Assembly: GCA_963736455.1 (NCBI GenBank)
Contig: CAVTON010000002.1
Location: forward strand, 96,257 to 160,256
Direction of reading: 5' to 3'
DNA length: 64,000 nucleotides
Origin: an uncultured Acidobacteriota bacterium
Lineage (GTDB): Bacteria > Acidobacteriota > Thermoanaerobaculia > UBA5066 > Gp7-AA6
Part shown: piece by piece, positions 1 through 8,319 of the stretch
How positions within the stretch are numbered: the stretch's first letter is position 1
How the letters are laid out: each line of letters starts with the position of its first letter
Translations under genes and position numbers: made by a program
The notes under the pieces: model-generated
Told to the model about the DNA's origin: nothing
What the model saw: only the letters and a program-made list of their open reading frames with translations
The model's database searches: none

Positions 1-261
1 AACGCGGCGAACACCCGCGCGCAGATGTCGGTCTTCATCTGGAAGGGTCAGCACGGCTCGACGCCGCCTCCGGCATGCACGGGCGTTTTCACCGACGTCC
101 CGTGTCCAGGAGGCTTCGCGGTGGACTACATCGAGGGTCTGTTCAACGAGGGCGTGACCGCGGGCTGCGGCGGCGGAAACTTCTGCCCGAACAACAACAT
201 CACGAACGGCCAGATGGCGGTCTTCATCGTGAAGGGCTTCAACATCCCGTACCTGCCCTAA
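1..261 (+). CDS. 3' end of a Cys-rich SLH-domain surface protein (5'-truncated by the window edge)
   Basis: Frame is open from base 1: NAANTRAQMSVFIWKGQHG...FTDVPC...EGVTAGCGGGNFCP...TNGQMAVFIVKGFNIPYLP*. Nearly identical to the C-terminus of 774..3734. Confidence 0.9.
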   Translation, partial: NAANTRAQMSVFIWKGQHGSTPPPACTGVFTDVPCPGGFAVDYIEGLFNEGVTAGCGGGNFCPNNNITNGQMAVFIVKGFNIPYLP

Positions 262-281
262 GGCAAATCGCTTCGATTTCC

Positions 282-318
282 ACGGGCGCGGCTTTCGAGC
301 CGCGCCCGTTTTGTTTTT
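282..318 (+). terminator. Rho-independent terminator
   Basis: Hairpin ACGGGCGCGGCT-TTCG-AGCCGCGCCCGT followed by a T-rich tract, 20 nt after the stop. Confidence 0.85.
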
Positions 319-359
319 GGGCGGGGAATGCGAGAGGCTCGGCCGGGGGTTGACCGGCC

Positions 360-602
360 ATGCGGCGCACCGCCGTTCTCGGAATGACACTCGCCGCTCG
401 GCTCCTGACGGCCGGCGGCGGTGCGCGGCGGCCGGACGTCGTGCTCCTGACCCTGGACACGACGCGCGCGGATCACGTCGGAAGGCTCGTGGAGGGCCGG
501 CCGCTGACGCCCGCGCTCGCTCATGACGGGACGGAACCCGCCCGAGCACGGAGTGCACGACAACGGCTCGTGAAGGGCTTCCACATCCCGTACATCCCCT
601 AG
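360..602 (+). pseudogene. Deleted sulfatase remnant joined to the last codons of an SLH gene
   Basis: PDVVLLTLDTTRADH...TPAL is a sulfatase N-terminus. SLMTGRNPPEHGVHDNG lies in another frame at 517-567. It is followed by VKGFHIPYIP*, whose DNA matches 227-261 at 31/35 nt. Confidence 0.7.
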
Positions 603-623
603 GTCTGCCCATCGGTCTCTTCC

Positions 624-658
624 GGGGCGCGGTCTTCGGGCCGCGCCCCTTTTCTTTT
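624..658 (+). terminator. Rho-independent terminator
   Basis: GGGGCGCGGTC-TTCG-GGCCGCGCCCC followed by TTTTCTTTT. Confidence 0.85.
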
Positions 659-773
659 CGGTCCCGGACTTCCGGAACCTCGTATTTCTCCGAGGTGTAC
701 CGGCTCTCGGCCGACCGCTAGAGTCCCCCGCGGCCCCGTCCGCGGTTGGCGCGGATCGCCAAGGAGGCTTCGC

Positions 774-3734
774 ATGCGTCGTCCCGTTGCGCGGATCGTT
801 TCTGTGCTCGCTGGCCTCGGCATCTCGGCTGGTCTTCTCTTCGCGGCGCCCTCCCACGCGGGCTCGGCCGCCCGCCGGGTCGCCGGTGCGGCGACATTCC
901 CGATGAGCGGAACCGTGCAGGACGGGTCCGGCGCGGGCTGGCCGCTCTACGCGCGGATCGAAGCGACCTCCGCCTCGACCGAGCCCGTCGTGGCGTTCAG
1001 CGACCCGATCACGGGCGAGTACTCCTTGAGTCTGTTCGACGGCGTGTCCTATCAGGTCGCGGTGACGGCGGTCTCTCCGGGCTACGAGAAGGGCGGAGGA
1101 CCGGTCTCGGTGTCCGGATCCGCCATTCAGAAGAACTGGGCGCTGTTCGTCGACGCGGCGGCATGCATCGCCCCGGGTTACCAGGCGGGGGGGTTCACGC
1201 CCGTCCTGAGCGAGGGATTCGACGCGGGCGTCCTGCCGCCCGGCTGGATGATCCAGACGAACAGCGGCGTCTCCTGGCAGATCGCATCGGGCGCCGATCC
1301 GTGCGGACAGTTTCCCGGAAACGAAACGGGAGGCTCGGGCCCCTACGCGATCCTCAACAGCGACTGCTTCTCGAACGGCTTCGACACGGACGACAGCTCT
1401 CTCGTCACGCCGCCGGTCGACCTCTCCGCGCTGCCGAGCGCGGCGCTTCGCTGGAAGAACGACTTCCACTTCCTGGAGACGCAGATCGACGTCGCCGACG
1501 TGGACGTCTCGACCGACGGCGGCACGACCTGGACGAACGTGTGGGAGCAGACGTATCCGGACTCGCCCGGCCCCAACACGCAATCCGTGGACATCTCCTT
1601 TGCGGCCGGCCACGACGCCGTGCAGGCCCGCTTTCACAACACCGTGTTCTGGGGCTGGTGGTGGCAGGTGGACGACATTCTGCTCGGTCAGGCCCTCTGC
1701 AATCCGCTTCCGGGCGGTCTTATCGTCGGCACGGTCAGCGACGCGAACACGGGCCTTGGGCTCGATGGCGCCACGGTCGAGAACCTGACGGACGCGGGAT
1801 CGGTCGTGACGTCGCCGACGGGCGATCCGGCGCAGGGCCACGGATACTACGCTCTCTTCGCGGCTGCGGGGTCCCCGCAGCTTCGGGCCTCGCTCGCGCC
1901 CTACCTCGCGCAGACCCAGGGCACGACGGTGGCGGCGAACGGCGTCGTTCGCCTGGACTTCTCGCTCGCCGCCGCCCTCCTCGATCCGACGCCTCGGCCC
2001 GTCTCGGTCAACGTCGCCCCGGGCGGCTCGATCGACCAGGAGCTCTCGCTCGCCAACCTCGGAGGGGCTTCCGCCTCCTTCAAGCTCCTGGAGCTCGATT
2101 CGGCGCACGTCGTCGCGGCCGGGGCCCCGGTCGCCCCGGTCTCCGGTCGTTTCGCCAGCAAGGCCGACGTGCAGGCGGCGCTGCTTCGCGTGCCGCGCAA
2201 TGAATGGAACGCGAGAAGCTCGACGGGCCGGACGCCGATCGCTCCCGCCGGCGAGCCGCGGCTGGCGGGCGCGGGCAACGTTCTCGTCAGCTTTCCGTCC
2301 AATCTCGCCAGCGGGTGGGGGCTGACCTACGACACCGATGCGAACGCTCTCTGGGTGTCCAATCCCGACGATCCGATCGACGGCCAGAACGGCGATGGCT
2401 TCGAGCACCAGTACCTGCCCGACGGAACGGACACGGGCGCCACGATCGACGTCCATTCGACGGGAGGCTCCTGGCAGGCGGACGGAACGTACAACGCACG
2501 GACCGGAACGATGTGGGCAGTCAACGTCGGCGGCGACAACTGCCTCTTCGAGATGGATCCCGTCACGAAGCTCGTGACCGGCAGGAAGATCTGCGGCCCG
2601 TGGTCGGTCTCGCAGCGGGGTCTCGCCTACGACTACGCGACCGACACGTACTACGTCGGCGGCGCGAACGAGAGCGTCATCTACCACATCGATCCCCGCG
2701 GGGTCCTGCTCGATTCCGTGTCCGTCCCGCTCCCCATCGAGGGCCTGGCCTACAACCCCGCGACGGGTCACCTCTTCGTGGGCGGACAAACTCTTCCTTT
2801 CGACGTGCACGTGCTGGACACGCGCAACGGCTACGCCCTGGTCGGCGGCATCCAGGTGACCGCGGGGGGAGTGCCGGTTCTGGCGGGCAACGGCGTGAGC
2901 CTGGAAGCCGATTGCAGCAACCGTCTCTGGATCTACCACCCGTTCGACCAGATCGCCTACGCGTTCGAGTCGGGCGAGACCGGATGGTGCTCCAACAGCG
3001 TCTCCTGGCTGACCGAGACGCCGTCCGAGGGGACCGTCGCCGCGAACGAGACGCTGCCGATCAACCTCCACTTCGATGCGGCGGGCCTACAGCCCGGCCT
3101 GCACCTGAGCCAGCTTCTGTTCCGGCAGGACACGGCCTACGACGTGGCGCCGCTGCCGGTCGCGCTCACGGTGCTCTTCAACGACGTTCCGGTCGACGCC
3201 TTCGCGGCCAGTTTCATCTACGCGGCGGCCGGCGCCGGCGTGATGCCGGGCGGCCTGCCGACGTGCGCCGTCGGCGGGTTCTGTCCCAACGGCATCGTGA
3301 CCCGGGCCGACATGGCCGGATACATCTACCGCGCCGTCCACGGCGCGCTGGCCGCGCCGCCGGTCTATCGATACCCGTACGCCGACGTGGCGCTCAACGA
3401 CTACAACGCGTTCTACATCCAGGGCATCACCGACGATCGGATCACGGCCGGCTGCGGCAACGGGGACTACTGCCCGTCGAGCCCGAACACCCGCGCCCAG
3501 ATGGCCGTCTTCATCTGGAAGGCGCAGCACGGCGCCGAGGCGCCTCCGGCCTGCACGGGCCTCTTCGCGGACGTCCCCTGCCCGGACGGGTTCGCCGCCG
3601 ACTACATCGAGGGCATCGCCAACGAGGGCGTGACCGCGGGCTGCGGCGGCGGCAATTTCTGCCCGAACGCGAACATCACCAACGCCCAGATGGCAGTCTT
3701 CCTGGTCAAGGCATTCGAGATTCCTCACCTGTAA
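774..3734 (+). CDS. Secreted multidomain surface protein: carboxypeptidase-regulatory-like domains, jelly-roll/MAM-like domain, beta-propeller, three Cys-rich SLH repeats
   Basis: AAGGAGG RBS and signal peptide. Motifs SGTVQDGSGAGWPLYARI, EGFDAGVLPPGW...DDILL, repeated GLAYD/GLAYN propeller motifs, and C-terminal FNDVP/TRADMA/TRAQMA/TNAQMA SLH repeats. Confidence 0.88.
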   Translation: MRRPVARIVSVLAGLGISAGLLFAAPSHAGSAARRVAGAATFPMSGTVQDGSGAGWPLYARIEATSASTEPVVAFSDPITGEYSLSLFDGVSYQVAVTAVSPGYEKGGGPVSVSGSAIQKNWALFVDAAACIAPGYQAGGFTPVLSEGFDAGVLPPGWMIQTNSGVSWQIASGADPCGQFPGNETGGSGPYAILNSDCFSNGFDTDDSSLVTPPVDLSALPSAALRWKNDFHFLETQIDVADVDVSTDGGTTWTNVWEQTYPDSPGPNTQSVDISFAAGHDAVQARFHNTVFWGWWWQVDDILLGQALCNPLPGGLIVGTVSDANTGLGLDGATVENLTDAGSVVTSPTGDPAQGHGYYALFAAAGSPQLRASLAPYLAQTQGTTVAANGVVRLDFSLAAALLDPTPRPVSVNVAPGGSIDQELSLANLGGASASFKLLELDSAHVVAAGAPVAPVSGRFASKADVQAALLRVPRNEWNARSSTGRTPIAPAGEPRLAGAGNVLVSFPSNLASGWGLTYDTDANALWVSNPDDPIDGQNGDGFEHQYLPDGTDTGATIDVHSTGGSWQADGTYNARTGTMWAVNVGGDNCLFEMDPVTKLVTGRKICGPWSVSQRGLAYDYATDTYYVGGANESVIYHIDPRGVLLDSVSVPLPIEGLAYNPATGHLFVGGQTLPFDVHVLDTRNGYALVGGIQVTAGGVPVLAGNGVSLEADCSNRLWIYHPFDQIAYAFESGETGWCSNSVSWLTETPSEGTVAANETLPINLHFDAAGLQPGLHLSQLLFRQDTAYDVAPLPVALTVLFNDVPVDAFAASFIYAAAGAGVMPGGLPTCAVGGFCPNGIVTRADMAGYIYRAVHGALAAPPVYRYPYADVALNDYNAFYIQGITDDRITAGCGNGDYCPSSPNTRAQMAVFIWKAQHGAEAPPACTGLFADVPCPDGFAADYIEGIANEGVTAGCGGGNFCPNANITNAQMAVFLVKAFEIPHL

Positions 3735-3756
3735 GGGCGAGGAGTTCCAACGTCGC

Positions 3757-3791
3757 CGGGCGCGGCCTCGAGGGGCCGCGCCCGTTTTTTT
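3757..3791 (+). terminator. Rho-independent terminator
   Basis: CGGGCGCGGCC...GGCCGCGCCCG followed by T7. Confidence 0.85.
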
Positions 3792-3798
3792 CCGGAAG

Positions 3799-4560
3799 TC
3801 AGCGGGGCGCCACGACGTCCGTCTCGCCGAGAGACCACTGGTGGTAGGCCTCGGTGACTTCAGGCGCGGGGCCGTCGCGCACGATCCTCCCGTGGTGTAG
3901 CCAGATCACGCGGTCGCAGTTCTCGACGATCTGCGAGGCGGTGTGCGACACGAGCATGAACGTCTTGCCGCGCGCCCTCAGGCCGTCCATTCGGTCGTGG
4001 CACTTGCGGCGAAACTTCTCGTCGCCCACCGAGAGGGCCTCGTCCACCAGCAGGATGTCGGGGTCCACGTCCGTGGCGACGGCGAAGGCGAGCCGCGCCG
4101 ACATGCCGGTCGAAAAAGTCCGGATGGGCGCGTCGATGAACTCCTGGAGCTCGGCCCAGTCGACGATCCGATCCAGGCGGCGGCGCGTCTCCGCGCGTGA
4201 ATAGCCGAGCAGCGCGCTCTGGAGCATGATGTTTTCGCGCCCGGTCAGCTCGCCGTGAAACCCGAGGCCGAGCTCGAGGATGGGAGCGATGCGGCCGGCG
4301 ACATACACGCGTCCCTGGAAAGGAGGAAGCACGCGGGAGATGACCCGGAAGAGCGTGCTCTTCCCGGCGCCATTGCGCCCGATGACGCCCACCCTCTCGC
4401 CGGCACAGATCTCGAGGTCGATCGCCTGGAGGGCGTCGAAGTCGTCATAGGCGACCCGGCGCTGGATTCGCCGGATGGCGTACTCCTTGAGCGATCGGAT
4501 CGCCTCCCGGGGGATGCGGTAGCGCAGGGTGACCGCTTCGAGGCGGATGACGGCCGTCAC
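3799..4560 (-). CDS. wzt: Polysaccharide ABC exporter ATP-binding subunit (Wzt/TagH type)
   Basis: Walker A GRNGAGKST, FSTGMSARLAFA signature, LLVDEALSVGD. No C-terminal carbohydrate-binding domain. Confidence 0.92.
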   Translation of the reverse strand: MTAVIRLEAVTLRYRIPREAIRSLKEYAIRRIQRRVAYDDFDALQAIDLEICAGERVGVIGRNGAGKSTLFRVISRVLPPFQGRVYVAGRIAPILELGLGFHGELTGRENIMLQSALLGYSRAETRRRLDRIVDWAELQEFIDAPIRTFSTGMSARLAFAVATDVDPDILLVDEALSVGDEKFRRKCHDRMDGLRARGKTFMLVSHTASQIVENCDRVIWLHHGRIVRDGPAPEVTEAYHQWSLGETDVVAPR

Positions 4561-4564
4561 TCCG

Positions 4565-5419
4565 CTAGCTCCAGTAGACCATCTGGTCGCGGCGGTGGCA
4601 GAAGTAGACCCAGCCCGTCACCAGGACCGCGATCGAGAGCGCCACCGCGCCGAGCAGCAGCCCGAGCTTCGGGATCGTCCCGTCGTAGATCGGGTCGCGA
4701 AACGTCTGGACCAGGTAATACATGGGGTTGGCCCAGAGGGCGAAGCGGTACTTCGGAGGCACGATCGAGGGGTGGTAGACGATCGGCGTCAGGAAGAACC
4801 ACGTCTGCACGAGCACGGGATACATCTCCTTGACGTCGGCGAACCGCGACGCGACCGTGTAGAGCAGGAGCGAGGCGCCCGCCGTGAAGAGCGAGACGAT
4901 GACGACTGACACCGGCAGAAACGCCCACGTCGCGTGCAGCGGAAAACCCGTGAAGAGCAGGATGAGAAGCAGCGGGACCAGCGACAGCGCGAGGTTGATG
5001 AGACCGCCTCCGACCGCCGAGGCCACGAAGACCGAGCGGGGGACGAACGTGCGCTTGGCGAGCTCATTCGACCCGGACGTCTGGCCGGTCACGGTCATCG
5101 TCGTCTGTGCGAAGAAGGCCCAGAAGATGGATCCGGCCATGAAGTACACGGGGTAGTTCTCGATGGCGGTCTTGAGGATCGCGGAAAAGACGAGCGTCAG
5201 CGCGATCATGTTCAGCAGTGGAGCGAGCATCGTCCAGAGGATCCCGAGCACCGAGCGCTTGTAGCGGACCTTGATGTCGCGGATCACGAGCTCGTGGACG
5301 AGACCCCGAAATCTCCAGAGGTCCGCGGCCTCCTCGATCCAGCGCGGACGCTGCCGGGCGGAGTCGTAGACCGGGACGATCTCGGGCCGCGCGGCGGCGG
5401 CCTGTAGCTCGAGGCTCAC
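4565..5419 (-). CDS. wzm: Polysaccharide ABC exporter permease (Wzm/TagG type)
   Basis: RDIKVRYKRSVLGILW, FFLTPIVY, NPMYYLVQTFR. GTG start overlaps the upstream stop (GTGA). Confidence 0.9.
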   Translation of the reverse strand: MSLELQAAAARPEIVPVYDSARQRPRWIEEAADLWRFRGLVHELVIRDIKVRYKRSVLGILWTMLAPLLNMIALTLVFSAILKTAIENYPVYFMAGSIFWAFFAQTTMTVTGQTSGSNELAKRTFVPRSVFVASAVGGGLINLALSLVPLLLILLFTGFPLHATWAFLPVSVVIVSLFTAGASLLLYTVASRFADVKEMYPVLVQTWFFLTPIVYHPSIVPPKYRFALWANPMYYLVQTFRDPIYDGTIPKLGLLLGAVALSIAVLVTGWVYFCHRRDQMVYWS

Positions 5420-6711
5420 GGCTTGCGGCTCACGGTCGCACGTCCGGCGCCGGCGGTCAACCACCGGTCGAGCGTCTCCGCGCGGGCGTCCCACGTGTTC
5501 TTCCGGGCGAAGTCCCGCCGGATTCGCTCCGCCGAGGGGCCTTCCGCGGCGGCGGCTTCGAGCTCGCCGGCAAACGCCGGAGCGGATGCCGCGAGGCGCA
5601 CGAGGCCCTCCCGAGCGAACGGCGCGAGCGATTCCATCGGCGTCGCGACGACCGCCCGGCCCGCGGCGGCGGCCTCGTAGAGCTTGACCGGATCGGTGGC
5701 GTGCGTCAGGGGCGACAGCCGGAAGGGAATCATCTCGACGTCGAATCGGGCGTGAAAGCCGGGCATCTCGCGATGGGGCCGCTCGCCGTGGAAGACGACG
5801 TTCGGCCGTTTCGGCACGGCGACCGCCGCGCCTTCGATTCCCCCGACGACCTCGAACGTCCAGCCGGGACGCAGGCGCGCGAGCTCGGCGAGCAGATCCA
5901 TGTCGAACCACTCGTCCACGGCGCCGACGTAGCCCACGCGAAGCGAGCCGGGCCGCGGCGAAGGCGGCGGAATCGAGGAGAAGAGATCGAAGGCGCACGC
6001 GTTCGGCAGGAGCCGCGCGTCGGGATTCCAGGCGGCCATGCGGGCGCGAAGCGGTTCGGACGTGGCGACGACGAGGTCGGCCCTCGAGGCGATGTCGCGC
6101 TCGGCCTCCTCGAGGACGCCCGGCCGGTTCGTCGAGAATTCCCGGTGCGCGTCGAGGCAGTCGTAGACGACCGCCCAGCCGAAGCGCTCGCGGAGCGCCT
6201 CCGCCAGCGGAGCCCAGAACGGGGTCTGGACGAGGAGCACCGCCTCCCGCAAGCCGAAGAGCTCGCGCGCCCGATCGAGGCCCGAGAACGCCTCATCGAG
6301 GAGCCCGGCCGTGAGCGTCCGGTCGGCCGGATCCTCGCGCCGGACACCCGCGATCGGGAGCAGGGTGACGCCGGGCGCCGCCCCGGCCGCCTCCTCGGGC
6401 TCGCCGGAGCCCCGAAGCGAGCCGTAGAAGACCCGGCGGCCGCGCCGCGCGAGCGCCTCGGCGAGCTGCTGCGGCCGCTGCCGCCGATAGCTCCACGCGA
6501 TGACCGGCAGGACGAGGACGTCGGCGCGCCCGGGGTGCGCCGGTCCGGGGTCGAGCGGGAAGCGGTCGAGCTCGATCGGCGGCTTTCGCAGGCCGAGCAG
6601 CCTTTCGGGTTGGATCCGGCGGCGCAGGGCGCGGCGCCAGGCGATCGGCACCGCCCGGCGCCCGAAGGCATACAGGCGGCCGCGCAGGCCCGACTCCCAC
6701 TCGGGTCTCAT
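5416..6711 (-). CDS. Glycosyltransferase, GT-B fold (GT4-like)
   Basis: QRPQQLA, VVYDCLD, GYVGAVDEWFD, DPVKLYEAAAAGRAVV. ATG overlaps the wecB stop. Confidence 0.88.
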   Translation of the reverse strand: MRPEWESGLRGRLYAFGRRAVPIAWRRALRRRIQPERLLGLRKPPIELDRFPLDPGPAHPGRADVLVLPVIAWSYRRQRPQQLAEALARRGRRVFYGSLRGSGEPEEAAGAAPGVTLLPIAGVRREDPADRTLTAGLLDEAFSGLDRARELFGLREAVLLVQTPFWAPLAEALRERFGWAVVYDCLDAHREFSTNRPGVLEEAERDIASRADLVVATSEPLRARMAAWNPDARLLPNACAFDLFSSIPPPSPRPGSLRVGYVGAVDEWFDMDLLAELARLRPGWTFEVVGGIEGAAVAVPKRPNVVFHGERPHREMPGFHARFDVEMIPFRLSPLTHATDPVKLYEAAAAGRAVVATPMESLAPFAREGLVRLAASAPAFAGELEAAAAEGPSAERIRRDFARKNTWDARAETLDRWLTAGAGRATVSRKP

Positions 6712-7805
6712 TCGGGCGGCACGAAGGGTGCGAACGGGCGGCCTCGCAGGATCGCCGCGATCCGCTCGGAGGCGAGGCCGTCTCCGTAGGGGTTGGCGCG
6801 GCCGGTCATCGCCTTCCGGGCCGCCGGGTCGGTGAGCAGCCGGGAGGCGCGAGCCACGATCGCCTCCTCGTCCGTGCCGACGAGCTCGGCCATCCCCGCC
6901 TCGACCCCCTCGGGGCGCTCGGTCTTCTCGCGCAGGACGAGGACCGGCTTGCGGAAGGTCGGGGCTTCCTCCTGGATTCCTCCCGAATCGGTCAGGATGA
7001 GCCGCGCGCGCCGCATCAGCCGCACGAGCCCGCCGTAGTCGAGCGGCTCGATCAGGGAGACGTTCGACAGCGAAGCGTTGCGCCGCACGACCGGGGCGAC
7101 GTTCGGGTTGGGGTGAAGAACGTGGACGAAGCGCGTGGACGGGAACGCGCGAGCCAGGCGCGCGATGGCGCGCACCACGCGCTCGAGCGGCTCGCCGAAG
7201 CTCTCCCGCCGATGCGCGGTGATGAGAACGAGGTCCTCCTCCGCCGCATCCCCGTCCCGCCCGGCGATCGTCTCGAGCGCGTCGACGACGGTGTTGCCGG
7301 TCAGGAAGATTCGGGACGGCGGCACGCCTTCGGCCTCCAGGGCGCGAGCGGCGCGCCGGGTCGGGACGAAATCCGCATCCGAGACGAGGTCCACGACGCG
7401 GCGGTTCATCTCCTCCGGAAAAGGATGCTGGAAGTCGCCCGTGCGCAGCCCGGCCTCGACGTGGCCGACGCGGACGCGCCGGTGAAACGCGGCGAGCGCC
7501 GAGCCCATGGCCGTCGTCGTGTCGCCCTGGACGAGCAGCCAGTCGGGCTTCTCCCGAGCGAGCACGCCGTCCATGCCGGCGAGGACCCGGGCGATCAGCT
7601 CGTTGATCGTCTGATCGGGCCGCATCAGGTCGAGATCGATGTCCGGCGCGAGGGCGAAGAGCGAGAGGACCTGGTCGAGCATCTCGCGGTGCTGCGCGGT
7701 CGCGCACAGCCGCACCTCGCACCCGGGCTCCTCCCTCAGGCGCCGGACCACCGGAGCCATCTTGATGGCCTCGGGGCGCGTTCCCACGACGATGAGCAGC
7801 TTCAT
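6708..7805 (-). CDS. wecB: UDP-N-acetylglucosamine 2-epimerase (non-hydrolysing)
   Basis: GTRPEAIKMAP, VQGDTTT, GHVEAGLRT, PEEMNR, TDSGGIQEEA, NPYGDG. Confidence 0.97.
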   Translation of the reverse strand: MKLLIVVGTRPEAIKMAPVVRRLREEPGCEVRLCATAQHREMLDQVLSLFALAPDIDLDLMRPDQTINELIARVLAGMDGVLAREKPDWLLVQGDTTTAMGSALAAFHRRVRVGHVEAGLRTGDFQHPFPEEMNRRVVDLVSDADFVPTRRAARALEAEGVPPSRIFLTGNTVVDALETIAGRDGDAAEEDLVLITAHRRESFGEPLERVVRAIARLARAFPSTRFVHVLHPNPNVAPVVRRNASLSNVSLIEPLDYGGLVRLMRRARLILTDSGGIQEEAPTFRKPVLVLREKTERPEGVEAGMAELVGTDEEAIVARASRLLTDPAARKAMTGRANPYGDGLASERIAAILRGRPFAPFVPPE

Positions 7806-7957
7806 GAGTTCGTGTGTGGGGGGCCGGCCGCGCCAGGAAGCGGCGGCCCGCCGGGCAGGGCGAGCCCCCGGGCATTGTACGGGCTTTGCGCCTGCCGGGA
7901 GCCTCCGAAATTCGCGCCGGCGGCAGTGCGGAGCGTTACACTCTGGCCTCGAGAACC

Positions 7958-8299
7958 ATGATTCCGGAAGTCTTCGAATGTCCGCGGTGCGAGCGTCAGT
8001 TCGTGATCGACAGCGTCCCGGACGACGGCACCGAAATGGTGCACTGTCCGCAGTGCAGCCGGTACCTCGGCGTGCGCGACATCGCGTTCGTGCTTCGGGG
8101 CGAGCTCGACGAGATGATCGAGCGCCTGACCTTCGAGAAGGACCGGCTCGAAAAGGACGAGGCGGTCTACAGCCTGACCGACTGCGACCCCGAGATGCGC
8201 TACTACGGCCGGGAAGTGTCGCGGGTCATCCAGATCCTTCGGTCGGCCCTGAAGGATCTGAACCACCTGCGCCAGGACTACAAAGTCCGGGCTTCCTGA
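7958..8299 (+). CDS. Hypothetical zinc-ribbon protein with helical C-terminus
   Basis: CPRC...CPQC pairs, normal codon usage, TACACT -10-like box upstream. Confidence 0.75.
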   Translation: MIPEVFECPRCERQFVIDSVPDDGTEMVHCPQCSRYLGVRDIAFVLRGELDEMIERLTFEKDRLEKDEAVYSLTDCDPEMRYYGREVSRVIQILRSALKDLNHLRQDYKVRAS

Positions 8300-8319
8300 G
8301 CGCGATCGCGCCGGACCCC

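Noticed and set aside
7806-7957. CAGGAAGCGGC resembling an SRP RNA motif
   Set aside because: The remaining SRP consensus and the long stem are absent; this is more likely a divergent promoter region.
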